This document shows positions 18,565-28,934 of a DNA stretch of 64,000 nt, piece after piece. The position numbers and the translations under genes are program-made. Below the pieces are notes generated by a model. The model had not been told where the DNA came from and ran no database searches. It saw only the letters and a list, made by a program, of their open reading frames with translations. Position 1 is the first letter of the stretch; every line of letters starts with the position of its first letter. This DNA is from a virus, in the IMG/VR virus record IMGVR_UViG_3300036790_000218, positions 7,850 through 71,849 of that record. One strand, written 5' to 3'.

Positions 18565-21500
18565 CCATCTCCGTCACGGTAGCCGGGTCAGCGGCCACCC
18601 CCGGATGGACCACCGCCACCGGCGCCGTCCCCGCCGCCCTGTCCCTCCCCGTCCCCGTCACCATCACCGAAGGCGACTGGCTCATCGCCCTCCTCGCCTG
18701 GCGGCAGCCATACTCCGGCGCCGGGATCACAATCTCCGTCGCCGACGGCTCAAACTGGTGGGACCCCCTCGGCCAGCCCTCCGGCACCAGTTCACCCGAC
18801 GGCATCACCAGGTGCGCGATCTGGGCCGCCCCCGCCGCCCGCATCCCCCCATCCGGCGTCGTCATGGCCGCCCCCACCGGCTACTACACCGCCCTCGCCG
18901 CCATCGTCTTCGACGTGGCCGGCCTGTCACCCTGGTCGCAGCTCGAGCTGATCGACGTTGCCGACGCCAACGCCGCCACCGCGCTCACCCTGTCGCTGGC
19001 CGCCCCCGCCGCACAGTCCATCGTGCTCGCCCTCGCCGGGTCCGACAACCTCGCCGACACCGTCACCCTCGCCGCCGGCGGCTGGTCAGCGCTGACCACG
19101 ATCACCGCGACCAACGGCGCCGACCATTCGGCGGACATCGAAGCCGCCGCCGCCTGGCAGGTCACCACGGGCGCGACCACCGCCGCATGGTCGTCGACCG
19201 GGGCGCTCGACTTCTCCGGCGTCCTCGCCGCTATCGCGGTCACCGGCACCGGGCCGCCGACCACCTACCCGAACGTCTACCAGCCCGTCTATGGCAGCGA
19301 CGTCGCCGAAACCTGGCCCGCCTGGGCGATCACCGAGATCGCGCCCGGCGCCGGCCCCGGCACCCCGCCCGACGAGCTGACCTGGGTGCCGCTCACCGGC
19401 CGGGCCCTCGCCTCCCAGTTCACCCAAGGCCGCCAGTACACCCTCGACCAGCTCCAGGCCGGCCAGGGCACCATGACGCTCGACAACCCCGACCAGGCCC
19501 TCATCCCCCCCGGCTCGGGGGCATTCGCGGGCATCGACTCCGGCACCCCGTTCCGCACCCGGTGCGCGTGGCTTGGCGGCGCCTGGCAAGTCCAGTTCAC
19601 CGGCAACGGGACGACGACGACGCCCCAGTGCGCCAGCCCCAACGTCCCGGCCAGCCCCGGGCAGACATGGTCGTGGTCGGCGTGGCTGGCCTGCTCGGCC
19701 CCGTACGCGTCCGGTGTCCAGGTGCAGCTCATTTTCCGCAACTCCGGCGGCGGCATCATCTCCACGTTCACCTCGCCCAACGTCACCGGAACCGCGCCGG
19801 TGCTCGCCACGGCCACCGGCACCGCCCCGGCCGGGACCACGCAGATGAACGTCAAACTGTCCGTCAACGGCACCCCCGCCAGCTCGGTCGTCTTCTACGG
19901 CGCTGCCGCGCCCCCCGGCACCGCATGGGTTCAGGTGCCGCCTGGCGTGGCGTGGATCGCCGAAGGCGGCGCGTCGGTCACCACCCTCGCCCCCTGGCAA
20001 GAGGACCCCCGCGGCGCACCCTCCATCACCCCCTGGTACATAGACTCGGCCGGCTACTTCCAGCGCTGGCCACCCACCTGGGACCCCGACCTGCTCCGCG
20101 GCCAGACCATCGCCACCACCACCGACGCATGGGGCTACGCCAACAAACTCCTCGCCTCCGTCCTCCGCGAAGAAATCCTCACCGACCAGCCTTACGCGTA
20201 CTGGCCCTGCTCCGACGCCGCAGGCTCCGCCGCCGCATCCAACATCGCCCCCGGCAACACAAACCCCCTGACCGTGACCATCTCCAAACTCGGCACCGGC
20301 GGCGCCGCCCAGGCATTCGGCGCCAACTCCGGAGGCCTGCCCGGCGACACCGTCACCACCATCACCACCACCCAAAGGCTCGCCACCGAAGGCACCATGT
20401 GGTCCCAGGCCGGCGTCGGCGGCAACACCGAAGAGGGCTACTCCCTCGGCTGCACCGACGCCGCCTACCCCCCGATCAGCAACGGGGTCACCGTCGAAGG
20501 ATGGTTCCAGTGGGAGGGCGGCACCCCGACGATCGGGGTCCTGCTCGCGCTCACCTCGGCCACCGGCCAGGTCCTCAACGTCTACGTCGACGACCAGAAC
20601 GTGCTCCCGGCCCCGCCCTCCATGGTCATGCAGGCCTTCCAGAATCAGGACACCAACGTCAGCCTGGTCGACCTGATCGCCACCCCCGCGTCCATCCCGG
20701 CCGGCTTGTTCCACCTCGCCATCGCCTTCAACCAGACCACCTACACCGCGTACCTGAACGGCGCGCTGATCGCCTCGGGCACCTGGACCTACCCCCTGCC
20801 CGCCCGCTTCTCCCAGGCATGGTTCAACGGCTCCCAGAGCCCCGCCGGAGGCTTCTACTTCGGCGCCCCGCCCTACGTCACCGGGGTCGGCGCCTGGAAC
20901 GGGTACATCGCCCACACCGCCATCTACCCCCGCATGCTCCCGCCCGGCCGCATCCAGGCCCACTACACGGCCGGGATCACCGCCATGGCCCAGACCCTGC
21001 AAACCGGCAGCCCGCAAGCCGGCGAAACCGCGTCCTACCGGATCGAACGCCTCCTGCAATACGCCGGGGCGGCCGGCCGCCGCGCCATCCTGTCCGACGT
21101 GCAAATCCGCGGCAACATCAACGCCGGCGTCGACGACACCCCCGTCACCTCCTGCCAGGACATCGGCGGCCAGCCCGCCGCCACCAGCCTGACCAACATC
21201 GCCGCCTCAACCGTCCCCGCGATCCTCGCCGTCCGCCCGCCCGGCGACATCACCTACGCCGCCAAACAGTACGTCTACGACCAGCCGGTCATGTGGGTCC
21301 TCGGCGACGACCAGGCCGCCGGGGAGATCCCGCTCCAGCCGGCGTGGACCCCCGACTACGACCCGGCCCGCGTCGTCAACGACATCCAGGTCACCCAGCT
21401 CGACGACCAGTCCGTCACCGTCCCCGACCAGCAGGCCCTCGAGGCGGCGTCGCAGCAGCAGTACGGCGACCAGTCCTACCAGCCCACCGGCTACCTGCAA

Positions 21501-21881
21501 AACGACCCCCTGTCGCCTTTGAACGCGGGGCCCGGCACCCAGGACCTGGCCGACTGGATCGCCGCCACCGGCGCCCGCCCGCTGATGCGCGTCGCGTCGG
21601 TCACCGTCGACGCCGCGAAACACCCCTCAGCGTGGCCGTTCATCCTCGGCTGCGGGGCCGGCGACCCGGTCACCATCAACCTGCGGCCGGCCACCGCAGG
21701 CGGCCAGCTGTTCACCGTCACCGGCCGCATCACCCAGACCTCCCGCACCCGCGTGTTCTCCCTCGACCAGGTCGAAGGCAGCGTGACCTGCGTGATCGAC
21801 ACCGCGCCCGACCTGAACGCGCTGACCGCCGACGACCCCGTCCGCGGCCAGCTCAACAGCGAAAACTGCCTGGCGTGGTGA
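18561..21881 (+). CDS. Large tail-tip/baseplate protein with LamG-like segment (1106 aa)
   Basis: QGRQYTLDQLQAG..TLDNPD; PYAYWP; TVEGWF...HLAI...YLNG. Confidence 0.65.
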   Translation: MTISVTVAGSAATPGWTTATGAVPAALSLPVPVTITEGDWLIALLAWRQPYSGAGITISVADGSNWWDPLGQPSGTSSPDGITRCAIWAAPAARIPPSGVVMAAPTGYYTALAAIVFDVAGLSPWSQLELIDVADANAATALTLSLAAPAAQSIVLALAGSDNLADTVTLAAGGWSALTTITATNGADHSADIEAAAAWQVTTGATTAAWSSTGALDFSGVLAAIAVTGTGPPTTYPNVYQPVYGSDVAETWPAWAITEIAPGAGPGTPPDELTWVPLTGRALASQFTQGRQYTLDQLQAGQGTMTLDNPDQALIPPGSGAFAGIDSGTPFRTRCAWLGGAWQVQFTGNGTTTTPQCASPNVPASPGQTWSWSAWLACSAPYASGVQVQLIFRNSGGGIISTFTSPNVTGTAPVLATATGTAPAGTTQMNVKLSVNGTPASSVVFYGAAAPPGTAWVQVPPGVAWIAEGGASVTTLAPWQEDPRGAPSITPWYIDSAGYFQRWPPTWDPDLLRGQTIATTTDAWGYANKLLASVLREEILTDQPYAYWPCSDAAGSAAASNIAPGNTNPLTVTISKLGTGGAAQAFGANSGGLPGDTVTTITTTQRLATEGTMWSQAGVGGNTEEGYSLGCTDAAYPPISNGVTVEGWFQWEGGTPTIGVLLALTSATGQVLNVYVDDQNVLPAPPSMVMQAFQNQDTNVSLVDLIATPASIPAGLFHLAIAFNQTTYTAYLNGALIASGTWTYPLPARFSQAWFNGSQSPAGGFYFGAPPYVTGVGAWNGYIAHTAIYPRMLPPGRIQAHYTAGITAMAQTLQTGSPQAGETASYRIERLLQYAGAAGRRAILSDVQIRGNINAGVDDTPVTSCQDIGGQPAATSLTNIAASTVPAILAVRPPGDITYAAKQYVYDQPVMWVLGDDQAAGEIPLQPAWTPDYDPARVVNDIQVTQLDDQSVTVPDQQALEAASQQQYGDQSYQPTGYLQNDPLSPLNAGPGTQDLADWIAATGARPLMRVASVTVDAAKHPSAWPFILGCGAGDPVTINLRPATAGGQLFTVTGRITQTSRTRVFSLDQVEGSVTCVIDTAPDLNALTADDPVRGQLNSENCLAW

Positions 21882-21884
21882 GCG

Positions 21885-23033
21885 ATGCCTGCGCTGCCTG
21901 ACCCGCGCACCTGGTTCGCCGGGCCCGTCAAAGCCCCCGCGCTGCGCGCCGACGTGTCCGGCGCCGTCCAGTGGCTGCGCCAGCCCCCCATGTTCACCGG
22001 CTCCCAGCAGGTCACCGCCCAGTCCATTCCCGACTCGACACGCACCGTCATCACCCTCGACACCGACATCTGGGACTCCGTCAACGGCCACAACCCCCTC
22101 GCCAGCCCCGGCACCTACTACTGCCAGCAACCCGGCTACTACCTCGCCGAAGGCACCGCCGCACTCGCCTACACCGGCGGCACCGGCCTGTCCGTCGCCT
22201 ACATCGGCTTCTCCACAGCCGGCGGCACACCGGCCATCTACGACGGCGAATCGATCCCGAACGGCACCGTGTACCCGCCGCTGCCCACCGTCGCCAAACT
22301 CGTCCTGATGACCCACCCCGGCCCGATCGGATCCTCGGGCACCGACTACCTGCAACTCCAGACCTTCCAGTCCTCGGGCGGCGCCCAGGACGTGTACAAC
22401 ACGCCGTACTATCCGCTGCTGCAGGCCACCTGGGTCGCCGCCCCGTCCGGCACCGCCCCCCTGCCCGTCCCCGCCAACCCGCCCTGGCCCGTGCCGCCCG
22501 CCTACGTGACCAGCGCCGACCTCAACGCCAGCATCCGCGACACCATACGCTTCCTGGCCTACCCGCCGGTCATGGAGGCCTACTACCAGGCCGGAGCCCA
22601 GTCCCTCGCCTCCGGCACCGCGATCGGCGCCACCGGCACGGTGGTGCAACTCGACACGATCACCTACGACACCTACGCGGCGTTCGCCACCAGCTCGCAC
22701 ACATGGACGGCGCCCGTCGCCGGAACCTACTACTGCTACGGGCAGCTGGGCATGCCGTCGCAGGCCACGTCGCTGTCGTTCGCCGCCGGGCTGACGGTCA
22801 CCTCAGCGAACTACAACAGCGGCACCACGGTCACCTTGTGGGAAGGCCCCAAGAGCATCTGGGCCGGGACCGGGGCCACGTCGTGCACCGCGGTGCGGCG
22901 GCGGCTGCGCCTCAACGCGGGGGACACGGTCAAGCTGGCCGGGTTCCAGCACGATTCGGGCGGTAATGCGGTCACGCTGTCTGGCGGCGCGGGCGCCGGG
23001 TCGAGGCTGATCACCGTGTGGAGGTCGGCATGA
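21885..23033 (+). CDS. Minor tail protein with two internally repeated domains
   Basis: Two homologous halves (W...VKAPALRADV..QWLRQPP and W...VTSADLNASIRDTIRFLAYPP), each with a PGYY/AGTYY strand. Confidence 0.6.
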   Translation: MPALPDPRTWFAGPVKAPALRADVSGAVQWLRQPPMFTGSQQVTAQSIPDSTRTVITLDTDIWDSVNGHNPLASPGTYYCQQPGYYLAEGTAALAYTGGTGLSVAYIGFSTAGGTPAIYDGESIPNGTVYPPLPTVAKLVLMTHPGPIGSSGTDYLQLQTFQSSGGAQDVYNTPYYPLLQATWVAAPSGTAPLPVPANPPWPVPPAYVTSADLNASIRDTIRFLAYPPVMEAYYQAGAQSLASGTAIGATGTVVQLDTITYDTYAAFATSSHTWTAPVAGTYYCYGQLGMPSQATSLSFAAGLTVTSANYNSGTTVTLWEGPKSIWAGTGATSCTAVRRRLRLNAGDTVKLAGFQHDSGGNAVTLSGGAGAGSRLITVWRSA

Positions 23034-23575
23034 CGACCTGGCCAGCGGCGACCGTGCCCGTGTTCCCCGCCGGGTACGCCCCGGACGACACCGACTTCGA
23101 CACCTGGATCCAGTCGAATTTCTCGTTCCTCACCGAAGGCGTGGTGTTCCGCGCGCGCCGGGTGGCGGCCCAGGCGCTGGCCGGCCCGCCGGGCGGCAAC
23201 ACCCTGATCGAGTTCGACACGATCGACGAAGACCCCTACTCGGGCTGGTCGGCCACAGCCACGAGCGTCCAGCCGGCGTGGTCGTGGCTGGCACCGGTCA
23301 CCGGCCTGTACCAGGTCACGTTCACATTCGCGGTCACCGCTGCGGTCAACAACACTGAGGCCGAGGTGTGGGTGAGCGGCAACCGGGTCCGCGTGTCGAC
23401 GGCGGTGTGCGGGACAACCGGCGGCGGAGCGGGCACGGGCGGGATGGCGACGGTGCCCATGGCCGCCGGCCAGGACTACGTGCAGGCGACCGCCGACCTG
23501 TCGACGACGGGGGAGAGCACGCTGACCGGGGCCGGATCACAGCCGTCGATCGAAATCGCGCTGGCAAGCCAGTAA
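23030..23575 (+). CDS. Minor tail protein (third copy of the same domain type)
   Basis: FDTIDEDPY...APVTGLY. Confidence 0.55.
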   Translation: MTTWPAATVPVFPAGYAPDDTDFDTWIQSNFSFLTEGVVFRARRVAAQALAGPPGGNTLIEFDTIDEDPYSGWSATATSVQPAWSWLAPVTGLYQVTFTFAVTAAVNNTEAEVWVSGNRVRVSTAVCGTTGGGAGTGGMATVPMAAGQDYVQATADLSTTGESTLTGAGSQPSIEIALASQ

Positions 23576-23610
23576 CGAGCGCGGATGATAGATGCGAGAG
23601 CGAGGCGAGG

Positions 23611-23850
23611 GTGAAGTGGTGGACTCTGCTGAGAGACGTGCTCGGCACGGTGACCGGCCTCGGGGTGATCGTCTCCCAGGTGTTCTCCGCGCGGCCGTCG
23701 GACGTGCTGCTGGTCGTGGGCCTGACGCTCACGTCGCCGAGCCTCGTCGACCACACGAGAGCGCTGCTGTCCGGTCCTACCGGTTCGCCGCCATCGCCTT
23801 CATCGCCGCCATCTGGGCCCTCGCCGCCATCCAGGCGGGACGGTGAGTAG
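23611..23850 (+). CDS. Putative holin-like membrane protein
   Basis: Two TM segments, after tail genes and before the endolysin. Confidence 0.45.
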   Translation: MKWWTLLRDVLGTVTGLGVIVSQVFSARPSDVLLVVGLTLTSPSLVDHTRALLSGPTGSPPSPSSPPSGPSPPSRRDGE

Positions 23851-24106
23851 GCTGCGCGGGTGGCTGGCCCGGCACAAGGACACGATTTTCCTGTGCGCGT
23901 TCGTGCTGGTGCTGTGCGGCGCGGTGCTGGTCCGCGCCGAGCAGCTCGACAACTCGACGCGGCACGCCTTGTGCCCGATTGTGCGGCTCGTCATCGCGCA
24001 CCCGGTGCCCCGCCCGTCGAACCCGGCGGCGAACCCGAGCAGGGTGGCGACCTACCAGATGTACGAGGATTTCGTGATCGTCAAACGCCAGTACGGATGC
24101 AGATGA
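23843..24106 (+). CDS. Small membrane-anchored lysis-cassette protein
   Basis: One TM, two Cys in the soluble part; position. Confidence 0.45.
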   Translation: MSRLRGWLARHKDTIFLCAFVLVLCGAVLVRAEQLDNSTRHALCPIVRLVIAHPVPRPSNPAANPSRVATYQMYEDFVIVKRQYGCR

Positions 24107-24107
24107 G

Positions 24108-24605
24108 GTGGCCACAGTGACCGTGTTCTATGACTCGGCCGGCCGGGAGTTCCCGGCCGGGGCGACGCACGTCATGCTCTACGCCGACGGCCGGTATGCC
24201 GTCCCCCCGGCGGACGCGCGCTGGCGGTATGTGCGGTGGATCACCGTCCTCGGCGGCGAGGAGGCCGCACTGTACGCCGGAGCCATCGACTTCGAGAAAG
24301 GCAACGAGGCGTTTGACGCCGGGCGGCTGAAAGCATGGGTGGCCGGCCGTAAGGCACACAAGTGGCTGGCCCGCGTGTATTGCAGCCTGGCGGATTTGCC
24401 AGCGGCACATGCCGCCGTCGGCGCCGAGCCGAACGTCCGCTTCTGGCTAGCCGACTGGGGGAAGCCCCTCACCGCTGAGCATCTGGCCGCCCGGGCGCTC
24501 GACCAGGCCAAGGTGCGCCTGCCGGTGTACGTGCTGTGGGGGCAGCAGTACCAGGGCAACCCATCCGGCGGGTTTGATACGTCGGTGCTGTACGGAGTGT
24601 GGTAA
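24108..24605 (+). CDS. Putative single-domain endolysin (GH25-like)
   Basis: FYDS, IDFEKG, VYCS, FWLADW, QQY...FDTS pattern resembles GH25 barrels. Confidence 0.5.
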   Translation: MATVTVFYDSAGREFPAGATHVMLYADGRYAVPPADARWRYVRWITVLGGEEAALYAGAIDFEKGNEAFDAGRLKAWVAGRKAHKWLARVYCSLADLPAAHAAVGAEPNVRFWLADWGKPLTAEHLAARALDQAKVRLPVYVLWGQQYQGNPSGGFDTSVLYGVW

Positions 24606-24751
24606 CTCATGATCCGCTGCACGCTCTGCGGTGACCGGATGGCCAGAAGTCAGCTCTGCTCGGACCTGGCCGTCATCACGCTGCACTGGATGAGCAAGCA
24701 CCGGGAGCGGTACCTGAAGTCTCACCCCGAAGCCGCGCCGTACATATGAAA

Positions 24752-24787
24752 GGGCCGGGTCCGGGACACCAGCCCCAGACCCGGCCC
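24752..24787. terminator. Hairpin between the convergent lysis and transfer operons
   Basis: GGGCCGGGTC...GACCCGGCCC inverted repeat. Confidence 0.55.
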
Positions 24788-24903
24788 CGCGCGAACAGGG
24801 TTACTTGCGCCAGCGGGTGTCAGCTGACAGCCAGCGCATGATCGGCGCCTCACGCAGCCCGCTTTCAATGGCGGCGAAGCTGTTGCCGTTACTCAGCATC
24901 GGG

Positions 24904-25239
24904 TCACCTCCTCTCGCTGATCTCGCTACCGATCACCACGCCGGGGACGACGTGGCGAGCCTCGATCGCCAGCGGCGCTGAGACCGCCCGCACAGGCTCC
25001 GGGGCGGGCAGCGCGGCCCGTGCACGCGGTGACCGCAGCACGGCGCTGACGAGCACGGTGTGCCGCAGCAGCACCCGCTGAAAGCCGTAGGCCCCGGCGG
25101 CCACGACCACGAGGCCGCCGATCACCAGCCACAGATGCGTCACCACGAACACCACCATCGCGGCGGCGGCGGCCAGGGCCACGACCACAACGGCCGCCAC
25201 GCCGCTGCCCGGGCTAGGGCAATGCGTCGAGCACCTCAC
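24904..25239 (-). CDS. Membrane protein of the transfer cassette (Spd-like)
   Basis: Two hydrophobic segments; GTG overlaps the upstream stop. Confidence 0.5.
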   Translation of the reverse strand: MRCSTHCPSPGSGVAAVVVVALAAAAAMVVFVVTHLWLVIGGLVVVAAGAYGFQRVLLRHTVLVSAVLRSPRARAALPAPEPVRAVSAPLAIEARHVVPGVVIGSEISERR

Positions 25240-25517
25240 CGCTGCCTCCTGTAATTCACCAGCGCCCGCACCGCGCGGTGCACCGCCCTGGAGCCGGCCC
25301 GCTGCACCGTCCCCCGCTGACACCGCGGATTCCAGCACGACCCGAAGTACCTGCTGCCGGACAGCGGGTGGCGGCCTTTGCCTTTGCACCAGCCGCAGTC
25401 AGTCATGGGGTTGACGTAGACCCACACCGCCCAGGTCACGACCGCGAGCGGCCCGGCGAGTAGCAGGTGACGGGACGCCACGCCCCACACGACCTCGCCG
25501 CCGATGATCCAGATCAC
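25236..25517 (-). CDS. Membrane-anchored Zn-finger protein
   Basis: TM then CGWCKGKG...CWNPRCQRG (DnaJ-type CxxCxGxG). Confidence 0.55.
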   Translation of the reverse strand: MIWIIGGEVVWGVASRHLLLAGPLAVVTWAVWVYVNPMTDCGWCKGKGRHPLSGSRYFGSCWNPRCQRGTVQRAGSRAVHRAVRALVNYRRQR

Positions 25518-26083
25518 CGGCCACGCTCCGAGGCTTCCTGCGCATCAGCCATGCCGTCGCGGTACGCCTCGCATGCTTGCCGCTGGCACTGCGGGTCCTG
25601 GCAGTTCGCGTAGTCGTGCGACGGCCGGCCGGGCCGCCGCGGCGGCTTGCGCGCCGCCTTCGCCTTCGCCGCCCGCCGCGCGGCCTTGGCCCGCTCGGAC
25701 CGCCGCGCCGCCGACACCCGCGCCGCCGCCCGTTCCCGCTCAGCCTTCCGCGCCGCGGCCACCCGCTCGTTCACCCGCTGCCGGTCAGCCGCCCGCTTCT
25801 TCTTCGCCGCCTCGGCCCGCTCCGCGCGCTGCGCCTCCCGCTTGCGCTTCCCGAAGTCGCCCGCGTTGCCGCAGCGATGGCCGAACGGGTTGTTGTACTT
25901 CCTGCCGCACGACCCGCAGGCGAACAGCGGCCGCTTGCGAACCTCGCGCCGGACCGCGCGCTTCGCGGGCAGCACCGTCTTGCGGCGGACCGCTCGCTTC
26001 AGCCGGGTACGCATCCGCGGCCGCCGCAAAGCGGTTACCGGAGTAACCCGGCGGTTACCGCGCCTGACCTGCCGTTTCCTCAT
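25514..26083 (-). CDS. Arg-rich coiled-coil protein with Cys/His clusters
   Basis: CGSCG...HRC; HDYANC..PQC...C; coupled to traB. Confidence 0.55.
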   Translation of the reverse strand: MRKRQVRRGNRRVTPVTALRRPRMRTRLKRAVRRKTVLPAKRAVRREVRKRPLFACGSCGRKYNNPFGHRCGNAGDFGKRKREAQRAERAEAAKKKRAADRQRVNERVAAARKAERERAAARVSAARRSERAKAARRAAKAKAARKPPRRPGRPSHDYANCQDPQCQRQACEAYRDGMADAQEASERGR

Positions 26084-26198
26084 GGCTGGTTACCGCCACC
26101 CATCCTGACCTGCGCGGTAACCGCAGGCCCCGCGGCCTGCTCGACCGCGACTTTCCGGCATCCCTTGTCCTTCGAGCCCCCCACCGACACGGTTACCG
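26033..26198. repeat. Cluster of 8-bp GGTTACCG repeats, candidate clt/TraB recognition sites
   Basis: Copies at 26033, 26053, 26088, 26191 (+) and 26115 (inverted), across the traB 3' end. Confidence 0.55.
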
Positions 26199-28158
26199 AC
26201 GTCACCCCGAGCGCCCGACACTGCGCCGACAACGCCGTATGCGACAGCCCGGCCCACCGGTCCGGCCACCGCTCAGCCAGCCGGCCAGCCAGCACATCCC
26301 AGTGCTGACCCGGCTCGTCGCCCTTGAACACGGCCAGCACGTCGGCCAGCACATCTCGCGGGGCCGCGCCCTCCTCGTCCAGGCCGAGCGCGTACCCCGA
26401 CAACACCCCGGCCCGCTCCCGGACCGCCCTGGCCCGGGCCGCGATCTTCTCCGTCGCCGGCAGGTCCAGGTAGTAGGTGCGGACCACCTGCGGGTCACCG
26501 TCGGCCTTCAGCCAGCCCAGCCCGGCGTCCGTCTTCGCCCGGAAGATCGCCGCGTTGTACCCGGCCTTGTAGGCGCCCGTGCCGAGGATCATGTCGTTCG
26601 AGTCGTAGTCCGGGACCTTCAGGCAGAACCGGGCCGTCACGATGCCGCGGATCGCGGTCGGCAGCGACTCCTTGTCCGGCCGCTGCGTGGCCAGGATCAC
26701 GATGATGCCCAGCGCCCGGCCCAGCCGGATCACATACGCCAGGTCGTCAGCGGCCTGCTCGCCGAACTCGGGGTGCATGAACAGGTTCTGCACCTCATCG
26801 AAGACCGCGACCTTCGGCCGGAACCCGCGCGCCGCCAGCTCGCGCGTGATCTTCCCCTCCGGCTTGACGTCCTTCGGGAGCTTCCCGAACACCTGCGAAC
26901 GCTTCGCCAGCTCGGCGCGCAGCATCCGCGCCGACTCGGCCGCGTAGGCGATCGAGTCGTCGTCGAGGCCGGAGACGTACCGGTCGCACACCTGCGCCAG
27001 CGGTTCCAGGTCACCCTTGCCCGCCAGCTCGTGCACCTGCATGTCGGCCAGCGGGTCCAGGGCCACGGCGCAGGCCAGCGCGCGCACGGCCGCCGTCTTC
27101 CCCTGGCCGGGCGAGGCGCCGATCAGCCAGTTCACCTCGAACATGGGCACCGTCACCGGCCGCTGCCGCGGGTCGGTGCCGAACGGCACACCCGCGAAGA
27201 TGTCCGCCGTCCCCGCCTTGGCCAGCGGGTACTTCGGCTGCTTCATCTTCGTGATGTCGTGAAACCCGACCCAGAGATTGACCCGCCCCTCGTGCTCCTC
27301 CGGCACGCCTTCCGGCCACGTCGCCGACAGCGGCCGCCGCAGCCCGGACGCGAGCTCGGCGCGCTTGGAGATCAGCCACGCCGCGGTCACGCCCTGCGGC
27401 AGGTCGAACTGCACCGCCCACCCCGGGCCGTCCTTGAACGGGTCGGACAGGTAGGCGATCCCCGGGCCGTCCTTCAGCGCCTTGTTGATGTTCGCGTTCC
27501 CCAGCGACCCCAGCGCGTCCGTGACCAGCGACCGGGTGATCGGCTCATACCGGGGCGGCACCACCGCGGGGGCAATCAGCCGCCGCCCCGGGCTGCCGTA
27601 ACGCGCCAGGAACGGCGCGGCGAGCACGGCCAGGACCGCCGGGCCGCGCCACGACGTGTACTTGACCAGCAAGCCGATGACGATCGCGATGACGGCGACC
27701 TGGCCGGCCAGCAGCCACCCGCGGACCTTCCGCGTGTCCCTGGCCACCTTGTGCAGCGCCCGCCACTCCCGCGCATCCCCCGCGGCCGCGGCCTCCGACC
27801 GCAGCTCATGCTGCTCGAGCACCCACCACCAGTGCACCTGCGCGGCGAGCAGCCGCCCGGCCCCGATGACCGCGAGGATCACGGCGGCGAGCAGGTAGAA
27901 CGGGGCGCGCAGGCCGTGGTAGCGGGCCCGGTGCCATTGCAGCCCGGTCCACTGGGTGAGCGTGGCGCCGATGTTGTCCCGGTGCAGGGACACCGGGACG
28001 ATGGGGCGGCGTTCGCCGGGCTGGCCGGTGATCTCGGCGTAGACCGCCGGGGCCGGGGTCTCGTCCGGGACGGCGGGAACGCCGGGCCGGATCGGCACCA
28101 CCTCGGCGCCCGGCTCCTCGCCGGGGTGCTCGTCATCGCGCGGGTCACTCACGGCCAT
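26080..28158 (-). CDS. traB: TraB-type FtsK/SpoIIIE DNA translocase
   Basis: N-terminal TM segments, Walker A GASPGQGKT, Walker B VAVFDEVQ, ILATQRP, short C-terminal wHTH-like domain. Confidence 0.85.
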   Translation of the reverse strand: MAVSDPRDDEHPGEEPGAEVVPIRPGVPAVPDETPAPAVYAEITGQPGERRPIVPVSLHRDNIGATLTQWTGLQWHRARYHGLRAPFYLLAAVILAVIGAGRLLAAQVHWWWVLEQHELRSEAAAAGDAREWRALHKVARDTRKVRGWLLAGQVAVIAIVIGLLVKYTSWRGPAVLAVLAAPFLARYGSPGRRLIAPAVVPPRYEPITRSLVTDALGSLGNANINKALKDGPGIAYLSDPFKDGPGWAVQFDLPQGVTAAWLISKRAELASGLRRPLSATWPEGVPEEHEGRVNLWVGFHDITKMKQPKYPLAKAGTADIFAGVPFGTDPRQRPVTVPMFEVNWLIGASPGQGKTAAVRALACAVALDPLADMQVHELAGKGDLEPLAQVCDRYVSGLDDDSIAYAAESARMLRAELAKRSQVFGKLPKDVKPEGKITRELAARGFRPKVAVFDEVQNLFMHPEFGEQAADDLAYVIRLGRALGIIVILATQRPDKESLPTAIRGIVTARFCLKVPDYDSNDMILGTGAYKAGYNAAIFRAKTDAGLGWLKADGDPQVVRTYYLDLPATEKIAARARAVRERAGVLSGYALGLDEEGAAPRDVLADVLAVFKGDEPGQHWDVLAGRLAERWPDRWAGLSHTALSAQCRALGVTSVTVSVGGSKDKGCRKVAVEQAAGPAVTAQVRMGGGNQP

Positions 28159-28774
28159 CCCCGTTCAGGCTGGCCGCGGCCGGGACGGTCGGCGTGCAGA
28201 TCTTGCGCGCCGCCGACCGAGCGATACCGAACCGCTTGTGCAGCTGGTACTCCGTCAGCGCATGGCCGCCCGCCACAGACGCCGCGTATGCGGCCGCCGC
28301 AGCGTCATACGAAGACGCCGGAACCCCCACCGGGCCAGCCGGTATAAGCGTCTGCTTAACCGCTGCGGCGAGCACCGGGCGGACGGCCACCATGACCATC
28401 TCGGCCAGCCCGGCGAACACCGCGCCCGGCCACGCCGAGATCACCGCCGACAGCCACCCCGACGGCAGGCCGTAGGTCACGTTCGCGCCGACCGTCGCCG
28501 CGATCCCGGCGTACAGCAGCATGCGCGGCAGCCACCGCGCGAGACCGTCCGGGTCGACGCCCGCCTGCTTCTGCAGCCACATCACCACACCGGCCGCGAC
28601 GATCAGCAGGTCGACCGAAAGCGGCAGCAGCCGCGCGGTCCATCCGTGCTGCGCGTGCTGCAGGCCGAGGTTGTAGATGTGCTCGTACGACTGGCCGAAC
28701 GCGAACGCGGCGACGGCGCCGACGGCGGCCAGGGCGCCGTAGATCAGCCAGCGGACCGCCGGGTCAGCCTTCAC
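28145..28774 (-). CDS. DUF2637/SpdA-like multi-TM spread protein
   Basis: SYEH, LLPLSVDLLIV, TVGANV, ISAWP, C-terminal HTH-like (RFGIARSAARKI). Confidence 0.7.
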   Translation of the reverse strand: MKADPAVRWLIYGALAAVGAVAAFAFGQSYEHIYNLGLQHAQHGWTARLLPLSVDLLIVAAGVVMWLQKQAGVDPDGLARWLPRMLLYAGIAATVGANVTYGLPSGWLSAVISAWPGAVFAGLAEMVMVAVRPVLAAAVKQTLIPAGPVGVPASSYDAAAAAYAASVAGGHALTEYQLHKRFGIARSAARKICTPTVPAAASLNGDGRE

Positions 28775-28934
28775 CGGCCACCGCCCGCTCCAGCTTCGAG
28801 TCCAGCTCCTCCGCCGACTCGGCCACGTGGATCTCCCACGACGTCGGCGACGGCCGCCGCACCGCGATGTAGGCGCCGGAACTCATCAAGATCTCCCACG
28901 CGGGCCACTCGGCCACGAGCTCGTCTAGCGTCAC
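28764..28934 (-). CDS. Small hypothetical protein
   Basis: WPAWEI...AESAEEL; resembles 29511-29723. Confidence 0.5.
   Translation of the reverse strand: MTLDELVAEWPAWEILMSSGAYIAVRRPSPTSWEIHVAESAEELDSKLERAVAGEG

Noticed and set aside
18605-21901. Long overlapping or antisense ORFs (also 11966-13780, 26239-28347, 12603-14540, 19086-21104)
   Set aside because: Arg/Pro/His-rich shadow frames expected in very GC-rich DNA with strong GC3 bias
26080-28158. Type VII secretion EccC or septal FtsK
   Set aside because: Single ATPase domain, no WXG100 or cell-division neighbours; Spd/GntR context fits TraB
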